Source of the DNA: Verrucomicrobiota bacterium
Lineage (GTDB): Bacteria > Verrucomicrobiota > Verrucomicrobiia > Opitutales > Seribacteraceae
Direction of reading: 5' to 3'
Assembly: GCA_027622665.1 (NCBI GenBank)
Contig: JAQBYT010000021.1
Coordinates: 1-60,973, forward strand
DNA: 60,973 nt
Shown: piece after piece, positions 10,918 to 20,900 of the stretch
Layout of the letters: each line of letters opens with the position of its first letter
Numbering within the stretch: position 1 is the first letter of the stretch
Program-made: the position numbers and the translations under genes
Notes under the pieces: model-generated
Seen by the model: only the letters and a program-made list of their open reading frames with translations
The model's database searches: none
What the model was told of the DNA's origin: nothing

Positions 10918-11397
10918 TACAAGGGGCGATGCAAGGTAACCCTTACCTTTGGGTTGAGCTTTCGCAAAGCCTGTATCTCGTCCGATATGTATAGCTTTTC
11001 CGGGGCCACAATGCATTGGCGACGGAGACCTGTCCTCCTCCCTTCTTTTGAACTTCCTTCAACCCCCAGTTTGAGGCCCGAGAACTCGGCGTGTAGTCGT
11101 TCGCGCCCCAGAGGCTCGCCTTCCTTGTAAGGGAACGAGGGGAACTCGAGAGCCTTGGCCATTTCGGTTTCGGTTTCGGTTTCTCCTCTTGCCCCGGCAT
11201 AAGTCATGGCGAGAGCGGTGGAGATGCTGTAGGGCGAAAGGAACAGGTTACCTTTCTCGTCGTTCAACTGGTCAATACAACTTGAGAGTGAACTGGGTGT
11301 TCCCTGCGACCATGGCTCCGACGTCGGCAATGGGCTTAGCTACGGTGGTGGTCGCGAAGACCACGAGGGTGAGCAGGATGCTGACAGAAGTTTTAAT
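10918..11397 (-). pseudogene. Serpin (serine protease inhibitor) pseudogene, N-terminal third only
   Basis: Reconstructed across frames: (ATT)KTSVSILLTLVVFA signal, GNTQFTLKLY / DQL..NLFLSPYSISTALAMTYAGARGET..EM / LKEVQKKG..VSVANALW; apparent ATG>ATT at 11397, frameshifts near 11275 and 11065, truncated at the ribF stop. Confidence 0.88.
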
Positions 11398-11419
11398 GGT
11401 TGATTGAGGGTTTCCCGGA

Positions 11420-14400
11420 TTATTGTGTGGGCGGTTTGGCCTCACGAATCATGGCCCCGGCTTCGTCGTTGAGGATGAGAACGGCGAAACGGTCGACGTC
11501 GTCGAGCTGGCCCGTGTTGAGAGAAACGTAGTCGAACTTTCCGCGCAGGTCCGTGTATCCGTCCTTGTAGAACTTGACTCTTCCGTCGTTCATCCGGGCG
11601 TAGACCTTGACGTAGGTGAAGGGCAAGGGTTTGGCGTTTTCTTCCCCGGTCACTCTAACTCTGCCGTAGCTTTCCGTAACCTCGACTCGCAGGCGGTTCG
11701 CGTAATAGGCCTTGGCCTTGCGGATGCCGCCCGCCTCGATCTCGATCATGACGTTGGCCTCGCGGTACTTCTCGGGCAAGGCGAAGACGTGGTTCTCGGC
11801 GTCGGGAAGCTTCACGCTCTGCGTCCCGTTGGGCAGGACGAATGTGAATTGCTCGGTGTCGTCGCTGACGAAGGGTCGTCGGGAAAACAGGAGTTCGACC
11901 TCCATCGGGTAGTAATTGATCCGGACGTCCTTCAGGTTGCGGTAGTTGATGGTTACTTCACCATTCACAACCTCGAAGTCGAAAGCCGGTTCGGTTGCCG
12001 CCAAGTCCTCGATCTTCTGTTCGCGGTTTTCTTCGTCGATTACCTTGGGCGCCGCACCTTGCTCGATCTCCTTCACCTGTCCGGTCACCGAGGCGAAACG
12101 TTTGCGCCAGCGTTCGACCGGGTAGTCCGCGTACTTGGCGGACAGTTTTTTCGCCTTTGCGACGTCGCCCTCGTAAAAGGCGACGTAGGAGGCGAGGTAG
12201 TCGTACTGGAGTTTCTCGTCTACGGCAACCGGGTCGACCTTGCCGAAGAACCCGATCCCCTCCTCCACGCGGTCCTGCAGGAACAGGTAGTAGGTGGCCC
12301 CCAACACGTCGTCCGCATCGGGCGAAGCCTTGTACTTCAGGATGTCGAGGAAGCGATGGTACTGCTCGTGGAAGCGGTTGTTCAGGATGTTGCGGGTCTT
12401 GCCGAGCCTGTGGGTCCGGGCGTTGACCAGTGGTTCGTACTCGAGTTGCTCGTACCAACGGCGCTCGACGGGGTCGACGTTCAGCAACGGACTCCGCAGG
12501 AACCTCCCGCATGCTCCAGCCAAGGCCGACTGGGAGAGGAATTCTCGCATGCGTGGCTCATCCTTGTGGTAGACGGCATAGGACCATAGGGTGGAATCGA
12601 AGTGAAAGCGTCCGGCGACCTGCTCTAGCACTTTCTCATAGAAGGCCCTTCCACTCCCACCTTCGGGGTTGGCCCGGAGGCGGAATGCGATCTTGCTCAA
12701 GTCGAGGCGGTTGAGGTTGTTGTCGGTCAAGTACTGGAGGACGTCCTTGCTCGATCCGTTTTGCGAAACCCAGGCCCATGCCCCCTTGTCCTTGCGTGTT
12801 AGGATATCCACGACGTTGAAGGCAAAAGGTTCAGCGCCGGCCACGGCCCCCTTGGGTCCTGACACTTGGGCCGGGTAGATGGGGAATTTTCCGGACTCGG
12901 GGAAGTAGAAGGCGTAGTCGAAAGTTCGCGTGGAATAGCCTTCCAGCGTGACGGGGAAACTCTTGGAGAAGTAGCCACGGTTCAGGGGGATGGCACCTGC
13001 GGGAATCTGCAGCAGTAGGCGTAGTTTACGCCGGGATGAGGTCGGGTTGGTCAAGGTGACGTGGCATCCGTGGGCGATGCCCTTCAGGAACTCCTCCCGT
13101 ACGAAATTGTCGACACGCTCGCCATTCTCGTAGCGGTAGCGTGAATCCAGTCGGTAGAAGCGCTGACTAAGCAGGACGTCGCGCGGACCCTTCGGGGCCT
13201 CGGTCTCAAGCAATTCCTCGTGAAACGCCACCAACGGACTTTCGGCCTCGAGGCGAAACTTGCGGTCCTCCGTATCGGTTTCGTGCTCCCCGGCCTCGAA
13301 CGGCAAATCCAGAACCGCCAAGGCGAGCAGCATCTCCGTGAAGTTGCGTGTGGCGTAGACCACGTTGCCCGAGAAGAAGGGCTTGCCGGGCTGGGCGGCG
13401 GCATAGTCGCGCCAGAAGGCGTTCACTTGCACGAGGGAGCCGTTCCGTTGCTCCTTGGGCACATGGTAGTAGTTGTTCTCGGCCCATTCTTGGGTCGCCT
13501 CAAGTTGGCGGAAGAACTGTCGCGCATTTCGCCTTTGCCCGGCTCCGGAGCGGAAGAATCCATAAGTGGCATTGTCTTTCTCGTCGACAATGCCTGCTGC
13601 GTTGTGCCACTCCCCATCGCTTCTATCCCCACTTGTTCGCATCTCTCCCTTGCTCTTTCTGCGTCCGTCCAGTTTCTCCATGGACTTGGATGAGGGTGAG
13701 AGCGTCATGGGTGGTGGCGCGGCTGGCGCGGCTATACCTCCACCTATGCCGCCCAAGCCAGGTTTTGCGCCATCCCTCGCCGCATTACTTCTGTAGGAGG
13801 AATCAGCCAAACCGTTCAACGCCAAACCTGACACCTCATCCCGGATTGCGAACCTTCCGAACGACACTTCCCTCTGTTGGAGCTTTATCTGCTCCATCTT
13901 CGCCAGTTCTCCTTCGCCGTCTCCCTTCAGGTCGGCGGTCTTGAGGGCGACCTCGAAAAGCCGGTCGAATTCCTCCGGGTTGGGCGGAATCAGTTCCCAC
14001 TTGTCCCGCACGTATCGGGCCATGGAGGCCGCCCCGGCGGGTCCCTTGCGGGCCAGCAGGATCTTTTCGAAGGCGTTCAGTTGGCCGAACCGAAAGGGAT
14101 CGAGGTGTTTCTTCAGGTCGTGCCCGAGGAACCAATCGTCGAGGAAGGTCGGTTCCTTCTTGTTGGCGAGGTAGGGCTTGACGACCCCGTTGAAGAATTT
14201 CGGATCCCTTCGCAAGAGGAAGAAATTCAGTTCGTGGCAGGCGTACTTGGAATACTTCTCCCGCTTTTCCTCCTCCTTCATGCCGGGCCAGTCGAGGATG
14301 AATTCGAACTCACGCAGGGTGGCGTTGTCGTTGAGGGTGAGCAACAGGTCGTGAATGTCGCGTAGGTCGTCGAGTACGCGCAAACGGGAGGTCGTCGCGT

Positions 14401-17400
14401 CGGCTAACTCGAAGGCCTTCCCCGCGTCCACGATCGTCATGCGCTTCTGCTCGGAATAGACCTTTTTCGGATCAAGGTCCGATACCATCCGCAGTTCACT
14501 CCGAACGACGGGTGCTTCGGGAAGGGCCATCACGGCGGAAGCCAACTGGACGGGGTCAGCCGCCACTATGCGAACCTGACGCAGTCCGGCTCCCTTGGGA
14601 AGGTCGACTTCTATAAAACCGTCCTCACCAACTTCGAGGTTGGCGGCCAGGAAGGTAGAGTTCTTGAGGAAATCGAGGCTGGCGAAATCAGCTAATCCTT
14701 CGGCTCCTCCGCCTCCGAAGGGGCCTCCCTCCGCCTTCTCTTCACTGGCGTTCCGCAAACGTTGGTAGTCACCGCCTTTTTGGGCGTCCTGCAAGGTGGT
14801 GCTGGTCTTGCGTAGGGACCACGGGTTGAGGATCAGCCCGGGGCGGGTGAGCATGTTGCCGGGAAACTTCTCGGCCTGTCGGCGCTCGAGCACGTAGCGG
14901 TATTCCTCGCCTATGTCGCGCTCGGCCACGTAGAGGGCCCGAGGGGCGCTCAGTTTCACCCAATAGGGGGAGGGGACGCCGCCGTGGTCGAGGGCGGCAT
15001 GGGCGTCGAAACGCGGAACGTACCGGGTGGCGAGAACGTGAACCCGGGCGAAGGCATGGGCGTTGGCCACCTTGGCCCTAAGCTTGCCGTCTTTAACCGT
15101 CAGGTCGGTGACCTGCAAGGGGGCGACCCGGTTGTCCTCGAGAATGCGGTTGGCGGAGGCGACGAAACCGAAGCGACGGTCGCCTGGGGTTACCCGTATT
15201 TGCACGGTCTCGCCCGTGTCCTTGAGGAAAAGCTCGTAGTCTCCGGGGGGAAGGTTGCTCAAGCTGAGGAAACCGTTGCGGTAGGAGGCTTGGTCGACGT
15301 GATCGGTCACGTAGAAGGCACCACGCCTCTCGAGAAGGGAGCACTTGGCTTCCTCCCGGCCCTCGGCCCACGAACCCGACACGGCCAGGCGAACGTCCTC
15401 GCCCGACGCAGCATGCAGGTGGGAAGGTTGCCCCACTTTGCCCTCGCGTTGGCCCGCGATCGTCCATCGGTAGACCTGACCATCGGCATTGCGAGCCGCA
15501 ATCCACTGTATGTCATTCAACTCCCCGAGTGTTATCTTTCCGGACTGGTCGCTTTTCAGGCTGATGCTGTGTGACTGGCGGAAGGCGGTGTGCTTGACCT
15601 CGAGGACTACGGGACGGTCGATGCGGGCTTCCCCGTTCTTTCCCAGGACATCCAGACTGTAGCCGTCCCGCGACCAACCGAGGTGGAGAGCGTCGACGAA
15701 ACCGCCTTGCTCAATCGCGTTGACGGAGAAGGTGGCGGAGTCCCGAAGGTCCTGCTTTTTGCCATGGCTGAGGTTCTCGACCTTCGCCTCGAGGACGACG
15801 GTCAGCTGAGAAAGCTTCTCGGGTACGGTGAATTCATGCAGGTAGTCCTCGCCTTCCTTGAGTTTGTCGATCGCTACTTCCGTGCGGTTCGGCGTTCCCT
15901 CGTAGTCGACCGCGAGCATGACTAGTTTGACCTCCTCCAGCGGATCCAGCGAAGCGGGACGGCCGTTGACCCGTAGGGATGGGCGAACGATTACCTGTGC
16001 CTTTTTTCGGCTCAACAAGGCTTCGCGGTCGACGTATAGTCCCGCCTGCAACTCGTAGCTCTCGCCGAGATGGTTGAAACGGGAAAGCGAGGAGAAGTCT
16101 CCGTCGCGCAGGATAACGGTCCTCTGGCCGGGACGATTGCTGAAAGGAACCGTCACAAGGCCATTCTTGGCCGGCTTGTGTTCCTTGCCGTCGAGCCAGA
16201 CGGTGGCCTTGGGACGCGCTTTGTTCGCCTCGTCGAGCACGCGGAATTCGTGACCCGCCGGACCAACCTTCTCCAGCAGGCGCAGGGCGCCTTTGCTAAC
16301 GAGGACCCGACTACTTATGCCGTTGCCGATGAACTCGACCACATAGACGCCACGTTTCTTGAGTTCGGGAAATGCGAAGGAGCGGGTGATCCGACGCATG
16401 GGCGCTTCCTTGAATTGGATGGTCCGTTCACGGGTGGCAGCGAGGCCGTCCAACTCGATACCCGTGTCGATCTCCTTGCCCTTGCGAAGGTAATAGTTGA
16501 AGGCATTGATCTCGAATTCCTTTACCAGAAGCGTCTCGATATTTTTGGTCCAGAGGGAAATCTTCACTTCTTCACCTGGGGCGAAGCGTTCCTTGTTGGA
16601 GTAGGCGAAGTCGAGGTCTACGCGATCCTTGATGGTCTTCACCTCACCCGAGTTCAGCATCGAGTACCATTTCTCGGGATTGCCAAGTCCCGCCGTCAGC
16701 TTAGCCTCGGCGAAGACCCTCTTGAGGTAGTCATCGCGCACGTATTTCACGAAACCGTCGTAATCCTTGTCCTGAAGAAAGAAATGAAGGAGATGGGAGC
16801 GGACAAGGGAATCGTCGTTGCCGATTAGAGGAAATCCGCCGCGTGAACTGTAGTCGGCGTTGAGGTCGACCCGGCAATCGCCCCGGCGCTTGATTTCCGC
16901 ATCTCGCCAGACGGGGTTTACGTAGTTGGTATAGCGTGGCAACTTGAGGTACTCGAGGAACAGTTCGCGATCCCAAACACCCTGCTTCCGCTTGAAGGCA
17001 AGCAGGTGGTGCAGAACATTCGCCTTGAGGGTGTTGAAGGCGGGAGACAAACCGCGTGTGAAGCTGAGCTGGCGGTTTAGCCACTTGCTCATCTCCGCAT
17101 CGTCCTGACGGGGGTCGACATCAGCGGAGGGCGCCAGTTTCGGGAGGTAGGCATGGACGAAGTTGGCATTGTCGATGAACTTACGGTCAATCTGTAGCAA
17201 CCCTTCCATTTGCGCCTGCGTGAGGTTGCGGTGGATGGTGTGGGAGCCGAAACCTTTGTTGTACTTGCTTTTCAGGTCCTTGACGATGAGTGCGGGCAGG
17301 TTGGGGACGTCGGGACGTATCAGGCGACTGAGGAAGTGCTGCAACCGGATGTCGTTCAGTTCGTCGAGGTCGAGAAGAGTGAGTCCCTTATCCTCTATGC

Positions 17401-17866
17401 CTTGCAGGTCCTTGTGCCGGGCGAGGGCCTGCTGGAGATAGACTACGAAACTGATCCTTTGTGGATCCAGCTTGGTCGGGTGGTTGGGCTTGCGACCCTC
17501 GACGACGCGACTGTGGTTGAACAGCAGGTTGAGCTCGCGCTTGACGTGGGCCAAGGTCGCCTCGGGGTTTTCCCCGTAGCGGAGCATGGCCGAACGATTT
17601 TCGATTTCCTTTGTTTGCAGGGTGTGCCCGTACCGCTTGACCCAGATCTTCATGAGGCGCTCGACTTCCTGGTGGTCTCCCTTGCTCAGGGCGTGCAGGG
17701 AGGAGTAATAATAGTATTCCTGCGTGCCGGAGACCAGTTCCTTGAGGGCTTCCTCGCGGTCTTCGGCTAGGCTGAATCTTTCCACGAACCCGATCTCGCG
17801 GGCGGTGAGGCAGGTCCCGGCAAAAATGATTCCGAGGGCGAAGGTGGTGACGTTGCGAATATTCAT
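11420..17866 (-). CDS. Giant secreted protein (2148 aa), paralogue A, alpha-2-macroglobulin-like features
   Basis: Uninterrupted ORF with strong GC3 bias; Sec-type signal; colinear full-length similarity to the 17906-24346 product; function is inference. Confidence 0.9.
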   Translation of the reverse strand: MNIRNVTTFALGIIFAGTCLTAREIGFVERFSLAEDREEALKELVSGTQEYYYYSSLHALSKGDHQEVERLMKIWVKRYGHTLQTKEIENRSAMLRYGENPEATLAHVKRELNLLFNHSRVVEGRKPNHPTKLDPQRISFVVYLQQALARHKDLQGIEDKGLTLLDLDELNDIRLQHFLSRLIRPDVPNLPALIVKDLKSKYNKGFGSHTIHRNLTQAQMEGLLQIDRKFIDNANFVHAYLPKLAPSADVDPRQDDAEMSKWLNRQLSFTRGLSPAFNTLKANVLHHLLAFKRKQGVWDRELFLEYLKLPRYTNYVNPVWRDAEIKRRGDCRVDLNADYSSRGGFPLIGNDDSLVRSHLLHFFLQDKDYDGFVKYVRDDYLKRVFAEAKLTAGLGNPEKWYSMLNSGEVKTIKDRVDLDFAYSNKERFAPGEEVKISLWTKNIETLLVKEFEINAFNYYLRKGKEIDTGIELDGLAATRERTIQFKEAPMRRITRSFAFPELKKRGVYVVEFIGNGISSRVLVSKGALRLLEKVGPAGHEFRVLDEANKARPKATVWLDGKEHKPAKNGLVTVPFSNRPGQRTVILRDGDFSSLSRFNHLGESYELQAGLYVDREALLSRKKAQVIVRPSLRVNGRPASLDPLEEVKLVMLAVDYEGTPNRTEVAIDKLKEGEDYLHEFTVPEKLSQLTVVLEAKVENLSHGKKQDLRDSATFSVNAIEQGGFVDALHLGWSRDGYSLDVLGKNGEARIDRPVVLEVKHTAFRQSHSISLKSDQSGKITLGELNDIQWIAARNADGQVYRWTIAGQREGKVGQPSHLHAASGEDVRLAVSGSWAEGREEAKCSLLERRGAFYVTDHVDQASYRNGFLSLSNLPPGDYELFLKDTGETVQIRVTPGDRRFGFVASANRILEDNRVAPLQVTDLTVKDGKLRAKVANAHAFARVHVLATRYVPRFDAHAALDHGGVPSPYWVKLSAPRALYVAERDIGEEYRYVLERRQAEKFPGNMLTRPGLILNPWSLRKTSTTLQDAQKGGDYQRLRNASEEKAEGGPFGGGGAEGLADFASLDFLKNSTFLAANLEVGEDGFIEVDLPKGAGLRQVRIVAADPVQLASAVMALPEAPVVRSELRMVSDLDPKKVYSEQKRMTIVDAGKAFELADATTSRLRVLDDLRDIHDLLLTLNDNATLREFEFILDWPGMKEEEKREKYSKYACHELNFFLLRRDPKFFNGVVKPYLANKKEPTFLDDWFLGHDLKKHLDPFRFGQLNAFEKILLARKGPAGAASMARYVRDKWELIPPNPEEFDRLFEVALKTADLKGDGEGELAKMEQIKLQQREVSFGRFAIRDEVSGLALNGLADSSYRSNAARDGAKPGLGGIGGGIAAPAAPPPMTLSPSSKSMEKLDGRRKSKGEMRTSGDRSDGEWHNAAGIVDEKDNATYGFFRSGAGQRRNARQFFRQLEATQEWAENNYYHVPKEQRNGSLVQVNAFWRDYAAAQPGKPFFSGNVVYATRNFTEMLLALAVLDLPFEAGEHETDTEDRKFRLEAESPLVAFHEELLETEAPKGPRDVLLSQRFYRLDSRYRYENGERVDNFVREEFLKGIAHGCHVTLTNPTSSRRKLRLLLQIPAGAIPLNRGYFSKSFPVTLEGYSTRTFDYAFYFPESGKFPIYPAQVSGPKGAVAGAEPFAFNVVDILTRKDKGAWAWVSQNGSSKDVLQYLTDNNLNRLDLSKIAFRLRANPEGGSGRAFYEKVLEQVAGRFHFDSTLWSYAVYHKDEPRMREFLSQSALAGACGRFLRSPLLNVDPVERRWYEQLEYEPLVNARTHRLGKTRNILNNRFHEQYHRFLDILKYKASPDADDVLGATYYLFLQDRVEEGIGFFGKVDPVAVDEKLQYDYLASYVAFYEGDVAKAKKLSAKYADYPVERWRKRFASVTGQVKEIEQGAAPKVIDEENREQKIEDLAATEPAFDFEVVNGEVTINYRNLKDVRINYYPMEVELLFSRRPFVSDDTEQFTFVLPNGTQSVKLPDAENHVFALPEKYREANVMIEIEAGGIRKAKAYYANRLRVEVTESYGRVRVTGEENAKPLPFTYVKVYARMNDGRVKFYKDGYTDLRGKFDYVSLNTGQLDDVDRFAVLILNDEAGAMIREAKPPTQ

Positions 17867-17905
17867 GGCTTCAAAACTCCGTTTTATGGTAAAGGTTTCC
17901 GGTGG

Positions 17906-20900
17906 TCACTGCGTGGGTGGTTTGGCCTCGCGTATGGCGGCCCCGTGACGGTCGTGCAGGACGAGGATCGAGAAGTCCCGAGCGTCGTCAAGATCGCCCG
18001 TGTTGAGCGAGGCGTAGTCGAAACGTCCGCGCAGGTCTGTGTAGCCGTCCTTGTAGAAGCGCGCTTGGCCGTTGCCTAGCTTGGCGTAGACCTTGACGTA
18101 TGTCTCGGGCAGGGGCTTGCCCGTGTCGGAGTGGGTCACGCGCACCTGCCCGTAGTTCTCGATGATTTGTACGGCCAAGTCGTTCGCGTAGTAGGCCTTG
18201 GCTTCGCGGATGCCCGCGGCAACCACCTCCACCATGACGTTGCGGTCCGCGAACTCGTCTGGCAACGGGAAGGAATGACCGTCCTTCCCTTTCGGCAGGT
18301 CGATCTCCCGGCTCAGGTTGGGTACGATGCTGGTGAAGTGCTCGGTGTCCTCCTTCACGAAGGGCTTTCTGGAGAAGAGTAGTTCCACGTCCATCGGGTA
18401 GAAGTTGACGGTGCAGGACTCGAGGTTGCGGGCCCGGATGGTGACCTCCCCTTTCTCGACCTCCAGTTCGAGGCCGGGTTCAGTGGAGGCGAGGGCGTCC
18501 TGAACCTGTTCGCGGTCCTCATCGTCCACGGGCTTGACGCCCTTGCCGTCGATCTCGTCGAGTTGACCTAGTGCCTCGCGGAACAGGTTCCTCCAGCGGT
18601 CGACCGGGTAGTCCGCGTATTTCGCGGCCCGTCGGCGAGCCGACGCGAGGTCGCCCTTGTAGAAGTCGACGTAGGTGGAGAGGTACTCGTGCTGGAGTTT
18701 CTCCGCCACGTTTTCGGGCTGGACGCGTCCGAATAACTTCAGTCCCTCGTTCACACGGTCCTGCAAAAATAGGTAATAGGAAACGGCGAGCAGATCCTCA
18801 TCTTCCAGAATCGGGTGGTACTTCAGGACGTTCATGTACCGGTGGTACTGCCCATGCAATCGATCGTTGAGGACTTTGCGATCCTTCCCCAGTCTGTGGG
18901 CCCGGGCATTGACCAGAGGCTTGTACTCGAGGTGCTGGTGAAAATTGCGTTGCACGGGATTGATGGTCAGGAGTGGGCTGTTCAGGTACAGGCCGCAACG
19001 ACTCGTTATGCCGGAACGCGACAGGTATTCACCCATCCACTTCGCATCCTTGTGGTACAAGGCGTAGGACCAGAGTGTGGAATTGTAGGACAAACGATCC
19101 GAGAGAAGCTTCAGGGCCTTCTCGAAAAAGGCTTTCCCTCCGCCACCCTCGCGGTCATGGCGCATGCGGTAGGCAATCTTGTCGAGGTCGATCCGGTTCA
19201 TGTTGTGGTCGCGGAGGTATTGCAGCACTTCCTTCTCGGTGCCGTTCTGGGAGATCCAAGCCCATGAGGTCATGTCCCGCTTGCTCAGCTTGTCGACCAC
19301 CTTGAAGACGAATGCGGCGGCTCCCGCCACCCGACCCTTGTCGTTCGCCACTTGGATGGGGTAGATCGGGTATTCGCCGGTTTCGGGGAAGTAGAAATAG
19401 AAGTCGTGGGTCTGGGTGGAGTAGGGCTCTAGCCGGAAGGGTCGCCCGTTCGAGTAGAAACCGTTCTGCAGGGGAATGGCTCCCGCGGGAATTTGGGTCA
19501 GGTAACGGAGCTTGCGGACCGAGGAGGTCGGGTTGGTGATAACCACTTGGCAACCGTAGGCGATCTGCTTGAGGAACTCGTCCTTGACGAAGTTGTCCAG
19601 CCGTTCTCCTCGCTCGTGGCGGAAACGGGAATCCGCTCGGTAGAAGTTCTGGCTCAAGAGGATGTCGCGGGCGTCCTCGGCGTCCTCGGTTTCACGGATT
19701 TCCTGATGGAACACCACCAGTGGCTTGTCCGACTTGAGGGCGAAGGTGCGTCCCTCGTTCTCCACTTCGTGATCGGCCGCGTCGAAAGGCAGGTCGAGGA
19801 CCGCCAGGGCGAGCATCATCTCGGCGAAGTTGCGCGTGGCGTGGATGAAGTTGCCCGAGAGGAAGGGCTTTCCTTCGGGATTGGCCGCGTAGTCGTTCCA
19901 GAAGGCGTTGACCAGGATGAGGTCGGCGTTCTGGCGCTCGATCGGCAACTTGTAGTAGTTGTTCTCGGCCCATTCCTCCGTGGGAGGGAGCTTTCGGTAG
20001 AATTGACGGGCCTTGCCCCTTTCCTTCAAGTCTGCCGACAGGTAGCCGGCCTCGCCATCTTTCTTTTTTTCACCTGTCCATGCACTCTTGTCCCGTGAAC
20101 GCTTGGCCTGGATCAACATGTCGTTATCTATGTCCTCCAAAGCCTCGGAAAGATATCGTGATTCCGCCTGCTCAGCATACGCTTTCTCGGCTTCCGCTAG
20201 CTCGAAAATGGGCAGAGGTCCCGATGCGGCTGTTGCCTGCGGTTTAGAGGCGACTTTTCCCGCAAAACCCCCCGAGAAGTTGGAGGCGAGTGAATCGACA
20301 ATCCTATTCTCCACTGGCGCCGATTGCTTCTTCAGGCTCTCGACTAGGCGCCTGTTCTGGGACGATTGTTGTTCACGCAAGCCGAGTTTGTCGCCGGTCT
20401 CCAGCGCCGAACTTCCGACCGCCGCGTCGAAGAGGCGGTTGTACTCCTCGGGATTAGGCGGGATCATGTCGTGCAGTTCGCGGACGTAGCGCTCCATCGC
20501 CTTGGCTCCACCGGGCCCCCTGCGGGCCATGAGGATTTTCTCCACCGCGTTGAGCCGCGAAAAGGCGAAGGGCTCGAGATAGCGTGACAAATCCGCCTCC
20601 AGCAACCAGTGGTCCATGAAGGTCTTGTCCTTCTTGTTGGCGAGGTAGGGCTTGATGACCTTCCCGAAGAACGCGGGATCCTTGTGGAGAAGGAAGAAAT
20701 TCAGTTCGTGGCAGGAGTACGCTGAGTATTTCTCGCGCTTTTCCTCGGGCTTGAGACTCGGCCAGTCCAAGATGAAGCCGAACTCGGCGAGGTTGGCGTC
20801 GCCATTGAGGGTCGAGAGCAGCCCGTAAACCCGGGACAAGGTGTCGTAAAGCTGGATTTCGGAGGTGGTGACGTCGGCTAACTTGAATTCCTTGCCCTTG

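Noticed and set aside
10914..11330. 138-aa ORF as a functional short serpin
   Set aside because: Chimeric reading of a frameshifted pseudogene; lacks the signal peptide, most of the fold and the reactive-centre loop
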